Source: Callorhinchus milii | Taxonomy: Eukaryota | Length of the DNA: 64,000 nt | Direction: 5' to 3' | Assembly (NCBI RefSeq): GCF_018977255.1 | Contig: NW_024704742.1 | Span: 110,610,001-110,674,000, forward strand | Shown here: positions 38,950-51,770 of the stretch, piece by piece | Position numbering within the stretch: position 1 is the stretch's first letter | Layout: every line of letters starts with the position of its first letter | The notes under the pieces: model-generated | What the model was told of the DNA's origin: nothing | Databases searched by the model: none | Seen by the model: the letters and a program-made list of their open reading frames with translations, nothing else | Position numbers and translations under genes: made by a program

Positions 38950-39618
38950 TTGTTTAAAATGTTGGCCTTTATCTCAAGGGGCCTGGAATACAAAGGGAAA
39001 GAAATGATGCTTCAGCTGTGTAGAGCGTTAGTCAGACCCCATATGGAGTACTGCGGTCAGTTTTGGACACCACACCTCAGGAAAGATATATTGGCACTGG
39101 TGGTGATGCAGCGCAGGTTCACCAGATTATTACCAGTCCTGAAAGGGTTAAGTTACGAGGAAAGGCTGGGTGAACGTGAATTGTATTAATAATAATAATA
39201 ATATCCCTTGAGCTTAGAAGCTTGAGGGGTGATTTGATTGAGGTATTTAAGATGATAAAAGGATTTGATAAGGTAGACACAGAGAAGCTATTTCCTCTGG
39301 TGGGGGAATCCAATACAAGGGGCATAGTCTTAAAATTAGAACCAGGCTATTTAAGAGTGAAATCAGGAAACATTTTTTCACTCAAAGGGTGGTAGAAATC
39401 TGGAATTCTCTCCCCAAAAGGCCATGGATGCTGGATCCATTCACACCCTCAAGAGTGAGGTTGATAGATTTTTGGTAGGTCGAGGTATTAAGGGATATGG
39501 GGAGAAAGTGGGAAATTGGAATTGAAAGGATTAGTTGAGGTACAGATAAGCCATGATCTAATTAAATGGTGGAACAGGCTCGAAGGGCTGAATGGCCTCC
39601 TCCTGTTTCTATGTTCCT
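38950..39618 (+). mobile_element. CR1 3' fragment
   Basis: LVRPHMEYCGQFWTPHLRKDI...RRFTR, FFTQRVVEIWNSLP and a CR1 3' tail; an (AAT)n stub is inserted at ~39187. Confidence 0.92.
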
Positions 39619-42600
39619 AATTAGTTCATGGCATATCTTTCAAACTCAATTCCACACCTCAGCGCCATACCACTTAATAGACTTGCTTCCAAGTATCTAG
39701 CCAACTCCCTTTAAAACTTCTCAACTGATGCTGCATCTGCAGCCTGTGGAGCTGAGAGTTAAAACAGGTTTATAGCTGAAGAAGTGAACCAATGATCAGC
39801 AGTACTGAATAGAATGAGACAATCGGTAGCTGTGTGGTGTTCTGTTACTTTGATATTACTCAGTGTTTGTGTAAATTAATAAACAATTACCAATTAGCAT
39901 AAGGAATTCTACCACTACCATCTGAAGTCCATCAACCATAAATCACGATGTCTTTACAATGAAGTGAATTTATAGAAAACTTTTTATGTTTAGTGTATTT
40001 ACAGTAATCTGATACACATCACTAATATAACAGTAATTTAGTGTGTGATGAAGCAACATTGACCCAGGGCTTTTTGTAGTAAATTGCTACTGCCTTAATT
40101 ATTTGCATCTGTGAACTTGAAAAACAATACTTAAGGATATATCAATATGCTCATAAATCATCTCTAGGCAAAAAGAAATCCAACATAGATAATTAGAGAA
40201 TTTATGGAAGGCTTACTGCCTCTGTTTATCTGCTTATGACATTTGTTATATAGCCCTAACTGCGGGATAATTACTAGATTTATTTATCAAAGGAAAAACA
40301 AATCATGCCTTCTGGCATTGCTCAACAGCTTAGTTTTGGGGCTGATAAATAAAGGCAATTGCAGACAAACTTCTCTGCCGCGCAGCAAACAACTTCTGCA
40401 AGACCCCCACCTAAAAGCCACCAACACAGCAGCATGCACTCTGTTGAAAGGAAGAACTGTGCCAAAGTTATGAATTTGCTCTTGTTGAATTTTTAATTGT
40501 TCCCTGTCATGGGTCTGGGTAGGGCATTGTTGCCTGAAAAAATAAATTGGGTAATTCAATTAAACTGCTGCAGAAGATACATCATATCTGATGTGGAAAG
40601 GCACTAACCCCAACTTGAACTTGCCGTCCCACATCGCTTCACTTATTTGACAAATGGATTCTTGAAAATAATTGAAACACATGGCTGCCAGCATAGGTCA
40701 ATAACACTTTTTTTTGCCACTCACCCTGCTAACAGCTTCCATTTATCGTTGTGCTGTGCAGTTCAAGCCAAAGATTGTATTCTGTGGTAAATCAGGCAGC
40801 CAATATTACTAAAAAGGAACTAAATGCAGCAAAAATAAACTACGGGAGTGAACTGATATGAAGAGAGACTGAACACCATCCGGTGAAGCAATTGCTATAT
40901 ACACAACTCTGAAATAGTTTACTCTTTCTTCAATACATTTGTATGCTTTGAACAACAATTTATTTCCTTTAAACCAGTAAAACCATTTATAAATCAATAC
41001 AAGAAATCCAAAATTCACTTCCATGTGAATTCTAGAAAAGTCTTAAATACTCCTTGTTAATTTCACTCAGTTATTTCATTTACATGGAACATCATACAAA
41101 TCAAGTGTCACCTGCATTCAGTTGGAATAACTAACAAATAACTTCTTGTTGCAGTCAGTTTATAAGCAAATGGAAAGGTTTATGAAAAGATATGCTATTG
41201 TTCTCTTGGGGTGAGTATGACTCCTGCTGTAATCACACTTGCACCTCTGACAGCTCCTGGAATGAGATGTAAATAAGCAGAACCAGGAAAATAAAGCCAT
41301 TATTGCAATGAAACTGATACCATTTTGTTTTCTTTCAGATACAGATAGATTAACCTCAACTACATAACTTTTATTTAAAAGTATGGAAAACTGTGCCATG
41401 GTATATGGTGAGGTTGTGCAATAACAGAAAAGATTTATGTAGCACATTCTGTGAGGATATCCCTTTGAATGTTACGAACTACTCAGTAACTGCTTCTTGA
41501 AGGTCTTACAGAACCATCAATTCACCTAGGAGTTGCTCTTCTAAGGCTGATCCACGGGATTATATCTCAGGCACACCCACAAACCCACTATCAGTGTTCC
41601 AGAGTGCAAGTGTGATATCTATCCATAAGAAGGGTGACCCTCATGAGTAAAAATTGCTAAGAAATCTCATTGTTTTTAGTAGCTCTTAAGGTAGTGTTTC
41701 AAGTGCCAATATGTTCTGTGCAGTACTGTATTTGGAAAGAATGGCCTACCCTAGGTTTAAAATGCATGGGTTAAACATGGTACAGGAACCTTGCCTTAAT
41801 GTCACAAGCCAGTACAATACTCGTGTATTTGTTATGTGTTAGTCATATAAACCCAACTTATACTTAAGTCATATATGATACAATTTATGAGAGTTTGTCA
41901 AATCTCATATTTACATAAATCATAGGAAATGTTATGGTTCCAACTGATAGGACTTATGTGAGTTTTACTGTATATGATAAAGAAAGGCAATGGGCGGTAT
42001 GGTAGCTTACTTAATATGTTTCACTTTCTCTGTAGCCTGAATTTGAATCCAGCCCCCAAACTAGTTGAATAACAATTACTGTACCCCTCTCTGCCATTGT
42101 AATGCTCCAGCACAAAATTAAAGTGGGCTTCCTGGCAATTTGTAAAATATACACCAAAAGTCTGTCTTTTAAAATACAGATGATTTTCCACCCTTTTCCA
42201 CATCTTTTGATGTTGTAGCATTACTAATTAAGGTTATTATGTTTTTCAATGTATTTTAAGTGTGAGGAAAACAAGCCTCAGAACTTGAGCCATGACCCAC
42301 CCACCCATTCCACCTCCATGCTGCTCCCGTCTGGATCGAGCCTTGGCAGAGTTGGAAACTCCTCCTTAAGTTAAGCATTCGCCATTCAGTCCATGAGGTG
42401 CTGCTGGCCAATTTGCCCACAAAATAAAATTTTCCTTCAGAGAGGCTGCAAGAACAATTTGGGAGGAAGTGGAAACATTCATAGTGATGATGCAGTAGGG
42501 AACTCCAAGGTTGGAATTGAAGTAGAGTAAACCCTAGGATTACTAGACTCAGAATATCTGGAATTTGGACCTCACTGGACTGGGTCCAATACAGAAACAT

Positions 42601-45600
42601 TTGAAAACCATTTCATTGGATCCACGCATGTGTACACTTCCCTCACTGTGCTCGCGTGCCTTCAGTGGCCAGGGATATCAACTGTTACTCGGTGTGAATC
42701 CCGCTATTTGTCCGGCTAGCCGGGGTTTAAGTGTATTTTATTTGAACAGTTTACACTCCATTTTGGTTCAATGAACGAAACATTGCATCTTTACAATGTT
42801 TTATCACTTTGCGCCATTTCAATTTGCCTTTGAATAATTACTGCAATGGTTCAGTGACCGTTTTCCCAAGTGAACATAGCAACTATTCTGTGCACAACAA
42901 AATCCCACATACAGCCACAAAGTGAATGAAATGTGGAACAATCACTTCCAGGCCATCATTAGAAACTCCTTTTTCTTTTTGAATAATGCGATGAGATATT
43001 TGCAATCCTGCTGAAGAACAGATAAGTAGGACCTCAGTATAACATTGCACCCAAAATACAACAATTCTGAAAATGCAGCACTCTTCCAGGGCTGACTGGC
43101 ATGTCAACCTAAGCTAGCTATAAGCTGAAGTACCCACAAAGGGGCATGAAACCATAACCTTCTGAACTAGAAGCGTGAGTGCTACCAATTCAGCCACCCT
43201 GGCACCTAAATAGCTGTACAAAAGCTATAGTACAGTAAAATACATAGCCAATATCACAGTTCAGAGTACATGACATAATTAACCTTGTCCAAGCATGCAG
43301 GTTTATCCAGAACACAATGGTTATGAGAACATTTTTGTTTCTGCATGAAAAGCAAGGGCTTATTGCAACCATACAAGTTAGTACTAGTGCAGTTTGACCT
43401 TTCCACATCAGTGACAATGTAACACAATCCTGCAAATGGAATAGTGTATATTTTCAGACTTTGGCACAGCAGCATACCAGAAGCTTATTAATGCTTATAC
43501 ACATAAGAAAAAAATAATGGGCTGAAAGATAATAATCCCTTCAAAACAAAACAGTAATAAATTGGTAATTTGAATCCACCACTGTTTGTGGGACACTGCT
43601 GTGTGTAATTGGCTGTCGGTTTCGCCCACAAACATACGGTCAATTCACTTTACAGTCTATTCTGTGAAGCGCTTTGAGACGTCTAGAAGATGCAAAAAGC
43701 ACTATATCAAATGCAAGGATTATTATTATTGTTATAATGTTATATAGCATGGTGCATTCAGCTGAAAACGTATTATAACAATAACTTGACTTGCTTTAGA
43801 TATCAACTCTGAAAATTATGGCGATCAAACCTCTTTTCAACAAACAGTTTGCCAGTAGTTAATAGCACTTCCGGTTCCTTTTTAAAATAATTCTAATGCA
43901 GAGTTGTCCATTTTTTAAAAAAAATGTTGTAATGGATAGAGTTATAGCTGACGGAACATTAGTTTCCTGGTTCAAATCCTACTCTGTGCTGACTTTGCTG
44001 GAGGCTAAATTGGTCCCAGCCTTCCTAGAGTTTGAGGGAATAAATTCAGTCGGGCGTACTGGTCTTGCTCCCTCTTTAGAATCCTCTACTACTAGCAGAA
44101 GTGCGTGACAGCCAATTGAGGACAGGTCAGGTTCAGGGCTGATTCTCTTTTGTGTCAATTAGCAGGAGTTAGCACTAACTTGAGAGGTAGAAACATGATG
44201 AGCTGAATTGCCTTCTTTGCTGTAAACCCTCTATGATTCTATTTTAATGATTCTAAATTTATTGTTCAGTATGTTCCATTTGGTCCAATTTTCTTGGTTC
44301 ATTTGAAGTAAAAGTCTGAGTTTATCTTATCTACAACACTACACAATACACCATTCAATGTTTGTGGGATACTGCTGCATGCAAATTGGCTATTGCATTC
44401 ACCTATATTCACGCATTTTATAGTAAAATTCTGTGAAGCATTTTCAGATGTGTTGATGACATGATAAGGCACTATATTAAATGCAAAGCTTATTTATTAT
44501 TATACTTTGAACCCCCCCTCTCCCACTCCCTCACCATCAAACCATTTTTTACCAAGACCACAGTTTAATTTTCTCTAATTTTTCTTAATAGATTATCCCA
44601 GTTTCAGTTGGGATCAGTCTTTCTTCTACTTGTGTATATATTTTTGTGACATGGTCACCAAACAACTTTCACTTATATAGTACCTTTCATTAGATAGGAT
44701 AATATCTCAAAGCACTTAATAGAGTCAGAGTGGGACTCTGAGAATGGGAGAAGGAGGGGGATGAGGTGCATTGAGAAACATAACTTATGTTACTGTTTTA
44801 GCTTGGACACAGCACTTAATTATTAACATCTACACGGAACGATTAACACTAGTAGTTTAATCAAGTTTATCAAATGGGAATCCACATTGAATTCTTAGAA
44901 AATAAAAACAGTCAATATATACATTATAAACCTTAGAGGGGAATGTGTTCAAGGCACAAACACATTTTTATGCATTTTAACATGATTCAAAATCCCTTAG
45001 GTATACTACTGCTTTGTAATATCTGTCATTTTCAGTATAAATTTATATAGTGCAAAACATTTCCATAACTTTTTTGTAAAACATTATTCTTTTCTGCAAG
45101 ACAATTTGATTGATAATTTGTACCCATTGTTGTCAAAAGATTCCAACAAATGATAGACATTATTCATCACTCGAGCAACCCCAGCCCACTTATTATAATT
45201 AGTGGAATTACTAGTACACAGATTAAATTCATGCTGGACAAGAAGAAGTGACACGTTAAAGGATGTCCTGAAGCTCATATTTCAAACGAATAAAGTAATG
45301 GAAACATTGCTTTAATCTATATAATGCAATATTTCAATGGATCACTTTTCAGAAGATTTGCCAATTTATATTTCCCACTTTGTATTTTACAGGATTAGTT
45401 TGGCTGAAGAAGAATCTTCAGCCCATTTGGTCTAATTCTTCCAAACAAAACACCCTACCTTCCCATCATGACATCAAGACGAGTCTAGCATTGTGCTCTC
45501 AATGACCCTTTCTGGTAACCTGTCCCAGTCTTCAAATCTCCTCTGGGTAAAGATACACTTCCTATAGTTTGTCCCAAAACTGCCTTTTGTTATCCTACAC

Positions 45601-45789
45601 CTGTGCCCTCTTCACCTGACCCATCTGAAAGTATTGTTCTGGGTTTGTTTTCTCAATCCCATTTAAAATCTTATGTTTGGTCTTTTCTGAGACATCTGTT
45701 TTCAAATCTGTAGATCCCCAACTTGTCTAATCATTGCACATATCTCATTTCATGTTTCATTGAATCATACATAAAGCCTTAAAGGTGGG

Positions 45790-46575
45790 AAGACAGGTTC
45801 AGAAAGCTGCCAAAAAAGCTAATAGAATCTCAGATTTTATAAATAGTGGTATAGAATATAAAAAGCAAAGTGTTAATGCTAAAGTTATATATGTGTAAAT
45901 CGTTGGTTAGAAGACAGTTGGAATATCGAGTCCAGGTGCGGATCGCTGACTGTCCAGCACCTGACGTGAAAGGCGCTATACAAATGTAATTTCCAGTGTT
46001 CGTCACCCCACTTTTGGAAATATGTCAAGGCAGTAGATAAATGTAGAGAATATTTATTAAGATCTGTGGTTTGGCCTATGAGCGGAGACTGGAGGAACAA
46101 GGATTGTTTTCACTGGAACATAAAAAGGTTGAGGGGTGACCTGATAGCGGTCTTTCAAATTATGAAGGATGTTGATAGAGTCAATAGGAAGAAATTATAT
46201 CAACTAGTCGGTGACACAGTAACTAGAGGGCATCAATTTAAGATAGTTAGTAAATGAGCAAATGGGGGGATTAAGAGATTGTTTTTAATGTGCAGACTAG
46301 TTAGGATCCATAATAAAAACAGAAGTCGCCGTGAACACGTAGCAGATCAGGCAGCATCTATGGAGAGAGGAAAGTGAGTTAATGTTTCAGGTCAATGACC
46401 TTTCATCAGAAGTGAATCCATATTGGCTTTGAAGAGAGACCTGGACAGATACCTTAAAAGAGTCAGTTAGAGGGGTTTGGGGAAAGAGCAGGCAAGTGGA
46501 ACTGAAAGGATTTCTCTTGACGGACAATAGCATGAATGGCCTTCTTCTGTGCTGTAAATTTTTATGGTTCTATGA
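45790..46575 (+). mobile_element. Degraded CR1 3' region with nested L2 tail stub (~45940-45990) and Penelope-type piece (46315-46411)
   Basis: KRLRGDLIAVFQIMK...VTRGHQFK motif and CR1 tail ...gctgtaaatttttatggttctatg. Confidence 0.8.
46315..46411 (-). mobile_element. Penelope-like terminal-repeat fragment containing a degenerate minimal hammerhead ribozyme
   Basis: Minus strand reads CTGATGA-A-AGGTC-ATT-GACCT-GAAAC-ATTAACT; related copies at 58378-58490 and 34530-34650. Confidence 0.7.
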
Positions 46576-47406
46576 ACTTGTGAAAAATCAAGCACCCAAT
46601 GTTCATAAGATCAAAATGAGGCAGTTACATGTTTTCTGGTATCAAAGAAATGGTTGTGAGTTTGGCTCCTTCACAGCAATAAAAAAGTCCTTTGAAAGCT
46701 CTTGGGCTATCTGCCTGACATCCAAAATCACAACAATTCACTGATAAACCTACAGCATTTACTCTGGTTAAGGACAAACACTTGCAGCAAATAATTAAAC
46801 CGCTGTTGAAAATATGAACATACTGTGCTGTCAGATAATCATACTAATAACACACTGCAGGCGGGAGGGTAATTGCATTGTGACTGTGGATCTCTTTGAG
46901 GCAGATATCAATGTTCAGCACGGGGAACTGAAGCTCGAGTTGAAAATGTTTCACATGTTAATACACCACAACACACATAGGGTTCCTTTTTAGAATTTGG
47001 TAATTTACAACATGGCACAGAAAACCTGCGAAAGAGAGCTGGGAGGACAGCATCGGTCGTATGTAACTGAAATGTTGCAAATTCTTTACTAAGTCTATGT
47101 CAATGGAACACACTAGGCTTTTGTTATTTTCAGGTCCATGAAGGCAAATGTGAAGGTTGCCAAATTGTCTTTCACTTCACGATTGTGGAACACTGTTGTG
47201 TACAAATTGTGTGCTGCCTTTGCCTACAAAATATGCAGTTACTACAATTTACAGCAAAATACTGCAAAGCGATTTGAGATGCCTTCCCAATGTTAGTGAC
47301 ACTATATTAAATATCAAAAAAAATTATTATTGTAATTAAGAACAATTGCTCTGTTGCATAATAAAGGTTGTCAATCTGCAGTGAAACTCATAGGCATCTT
47401 CAGTTA

Positions 47407-47760
47407 TTATAACAATAATAATAATCCTTGGATTTGATATAGTGCATTTTCACATCTTCTCGACGTCTCAAAGTGCTTCACAGAATATAAAGTGAATTGA
47501 CTGTATGTTTTGTGGGGGTAACGCGGCAGTCAATTGAACACGACAGTGTCCCACAAACAGTCGTGGATTAAGTGACCAAATTATTTTTAAGGAATTATTA
47601 CCTCGGAAAAGTGATCTGCGAATCGAATAGGTTCCTAGTTACTGCTGGGTAAACGAAGTGGTGTGGAGTAAGTAAACTTGCCCAACGTTTCGCCCTGCCT
47701 GAGAATCAAACCCAGGTCATCTTGCTTGTCAGGCGAGTGCTATAACCACTAAGCTACAGA
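47407..47760 (-). mobile_element. SINE, long form
   Basis: Shares the extra internal segment with 25485-25888 and is more diverged. Confidence 0.88.
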
Positions 47761-50700
47761 TATTACATAGAGCATACAGACATTATTTTCTCTTTATTCT
47801 AGAAAGTTATATTTTGTTCCACATCCAATCATAATGTCTATTATTTTATGAATGCCTCTCTGATTTGTCTTGTCTGATACAATATAACAGTGTCAGATTA
47901 CACCACAATCTATTTTGGTATAACTGTTATATCAAAATGCATGTCTACTGTCCTTAAGAAAGTACTGGATGTGCAGTAAAATGGCATTTCTTGTATAAAA
48001 GTACACGCTGAATTAAAGCACTCAGCAGAATTAGGCATAGCATTGCCAGACCATAAATGTCTCACCTAGATTTCTTTGTAAAACAACTACATCTTGTCAG
48101 CAACAGAGGAATATAACGGAGCTGATCATCCGAGAGAATTCAATTAGATAATGGCAGTCAATATTAACCGAGGATGACAACTCATAATGTGATGAAAATA
48201 ACAGTGCAAACCATCGATATTTTCTGATGCCTTCTATGATACCCTAATGTATTAGCAGTTTTGTAACAACAGACCCTCATCTTCTTAAAACATGTCAAGG
48301 CTTAGCCCTGTTAATTGAATGTGCAGGAAATTAAAATTAAACAGAGTCTGGAGCAACCAATAAGTTATACAAATTAAAAGCAAAGTAACATTTCCTTAAA
48401 TGAATGATTATTCAGTCATCTTCTTTCTCAATTAGAGTAAACTGACTTCCATCATTTCATTTGAAATGGCATTCTTTGCTTGAGAGTCCATGGATATGGG
48501 TTGGGTGTCAGCTCAGGAGGCAGGTGAAAATTGACAGCACAGATTGTTTGAGAGGGCTTTTCCATCAGACAAGCTTTTCTCATTTCTATAATCTTACATT
48601 TCTAGATAGTACACAAAGTCAGCAGTTTGACAACCTGCAGTCCAATGACAATGGAGTTTACCCCCATTCCAAGTCAATGAAGATAATAACGCATTGATTT
48701 CTCCCTGTTGATTGTAAAGATTCTGAGTAAAACGAGACTTGGCAGTGTCCTTGTAGGCATTGATCTAAGGCACAAAACTCTCTTCAATTTGATTCGCGTT
48801 AGCACTAAATTAGAAATCTGAAGCTCAACATCCTCATGGTCATTGCCTTCAGACCATCATCTTAAAATTAACATTGTACAAAATTCTGGAAAATTCTTAA
48901 ATGTAGTCTTAAGTACAGTTAAGGCTGTACAGTTTTTATAGAAATGGAAATCAAACAAATGAATTGACCACATTTAGCCTCCCATTGCAGCCCTAGCTAA
49001 GACCAGCAAACAGCAAGATTTGAACCAGCAAGCTCACCATCCATAAACTGCAGCTTTATCCACTACACCATCAGATTTCTATGCCTCAAGATTCATATTC
49101 AAAGATTCAAGAATGACTTTAAAGGCATTCCAACAGATTAATAATAATAAATAATGATAATATTTGAATTTGATATAGCATCTTATGTCAAAAAGGCTCA
49201 AAGAACTTCAATGTTTCTGAGTAGAATAGTTACTCTGTATCTGGAGGTGAACATGACAGCCAATTAATTCACAATAATATGCAGTTCCATATAGAAGTGA
49301 ATGGACAAGAGCCATGGTATCTTCAATGTCATGGAACCTCTGTTTAGCATTCCATCTGAACAACAACAACCACCACAAAATTACATGTGTAAAGAGCCTT
49401 TCACATCGCGAGGACATCTCCAGGCACTGAACAGTCAGGGATCAGGACCTGAGCATGGGTGGGGGCAGGGTTGGGACCAAGAGGGTAGGTTTGGGTTGAG
49501 GGAGGTCCGAGAGGTAGGAGGGCGGCTGAAGGCACAGCCAAAAAAGGAAGAACTTGAGTCATGCCTTGAAGGATGCAAGGGAGGGATCAAAGCAAAGGGA
49601 TTGTGAGATGGAGTTCCAAACGTTGGAGGCAGAGAGGCTGAAAGGCCAGCCGCCAATGGTAGGGTGGGTCACGTGGGAGACATGGAGCAGGCTAGAGTCT
49701 GCTGAATGGAGGCAGCGGACAGGTTGATAGGGGGTCAGCAGTCAGAAAGGTAGGCCTTGAAAGTGAGGATGGATCTGAAGGTCAGCACCTCCAACACTGC
49801 AGCCCTCCCCCACTGTATTGTCCGCTTAAACGGTAAATTCAAAGACCAATTGGGTGCTTGAACCCATAACCTCTGAGTCAAAGATGAGAGTGCACCACCT
49901 CTGGCAGGCTGACACCATGGCTGGAATAGGGAATCTCACACTGATTTCATCATCTTTGTTTAATTTTTCTTATTGGAAAATAAAACACGCTGAAACAGTT
50001 TATTATTATCATTAGCACTTACTTAGCAATGCACCAAATGAAATGTGAAAGTTGAGAACGGATTCAGGATTATAGAGATTTACATGCATTATTTCCCACC
50101 CTCTCAGCCCAATAGGATTACATGGATTTTAGCAACCTGCCTCCTTACACAAAATTGCCACTTTTAAAATCATTAGCTTCTCTTAGACTTGTTTTTAAAT
50201 GTTAAACTAATCTCAGGAAAAATGCATTGCATTTGATTCTCTAGGTGGCAATGCGAGTCAGTGTGACATTGAGTTGGTGAGTTGGTAAATTCCACTGGTT
50301 ATTGAGTTGGTAAGTAGTGGGCACACATTTAAGGTAATTACCAAAAGAGAAAAGGGAGAAGCTGGGAACATTTTTTTTCACATTGAGGGTTGATGGATAC
50401 GGAATATCCTATCTAGAAAGGTGTTGGATGCAGAATCTATATTAGCTTTTAGGAAGGAATAAATAATATTACTCCTTACATTCGATATAGTGCTTTATCA
50501 GAAAACCTCAGAAAATGCATCCAGTCCCAGCTTCTTGCTTCGGTGCAGAATCAGGCCCTGTGGCAACTCTCAGGACAAATCAGAGGAGCCATATTGACAA
50601 CTTGTCATCGTGATCCCAATTCTGCACTCTATTCTAAAATTCTCCAGCGCCTGAGTTTCAAATGTCAAAACACCTCAGGGAGACTTATTTGTTTGGTGCA

Positions 50701-51279
50701 GCAGCTTCCAAGCCAACACACTGTGTAGTTTTGAGCATTGGTGCCCTTGAGGTTCATTTCACTTTACAGTGCAAGGTGCTATTTGGTCCCATCAAATAAA
50801 TATTAATGAGTTTGCTTAAATGAATTGCCAGTGAAGCGATGTCACTCCACAGTTTCACAAAGAACCAACGATCTTACTTAGCAATTTTGTGCTATCAAGG
50901 CCATTTCCTTGGGTTCGTGGATTCACAATATTCTGTAAAATAATATACCTTCCCGAAGTCAATTGTAGAAAGCCACTCGAGGCATTACAATTCGACTCAG
51001 CTCCAACCAGGTTGGGGAGGGGAGAATTCAGCCAAGATTGCTGTCCAGCAACTCCCGGTTAAAAATGCATGGTTGAGGACAGGATTGGGCTTAACAGTGA
51101 TACCCAGTATTGTTAAGTGGCCTCCTGACCCTCATTGCCAAGAATAAAACATGAATAATTATTATAGAGCAGAAGATCCGCAGCCCCAGAGACAGAAAAA
51201 CAGGAATTCTCTGAACAGGTCAAGGGAGAAGGGGAGGGCAAAAATTTAAGGAAAAAATAAAGAAATCAAGTATTACTCA

Positions 51280-51770
51280 ATTATTGAGAATTCCTGATAG
51301 ATGTTCTTAAAATTATGAGGGATCTTCATATATATAGGAAAATTATTTCCACTGGTGGTTAAGTTGGCAAGTAGTTGGCATAGATTTAAGGTAATTACCA
51401 AAACAGCAAAGGGAGAAGCTAGAAGATGTTTCCATATTGAGAGTTAGGATGTGGAAAACCCTATCTAGAAAGGTGTTGGATGCAGAATCTATATTAGCTT
51501 TTAAAAAGGAATTAGATAATAATTTTCTGTGCATTTGATATCGCTCTTTATCACGTTGTCAGAAAAACATCTAAAAGTTCTACACAGGATACACTGTAAC
51601 CTAAGTAACTGTGTATTTTGGGCAAATACATATCTGAAAAGGAAAAAAGATAAAAGGGTATGGGGAAAAGACAGGAAATAAGTCTAACTGGATAGTTCTT
51701 TCAGAGAGACAGCACAGGTATGTTTGGCTGAATGATATCCTCCTCTCCTGTACATTTCTGTGGTCCTATG
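51280..51770 (+). mobile_element. Old CR1 3' fragment with an inserted SINE tail
   Basis: CR1 C-terminal and 3' UTR motifs; inverted SINE tail at ~51517-51625. Confidence 0.7.

Noticed and set aside
42390..42445. Minus-strand 'CGQIG' after a good acceptor as an RCC1 exon
   Set aside because: In-frame stop six codons later and no RCC1 pattern around it.
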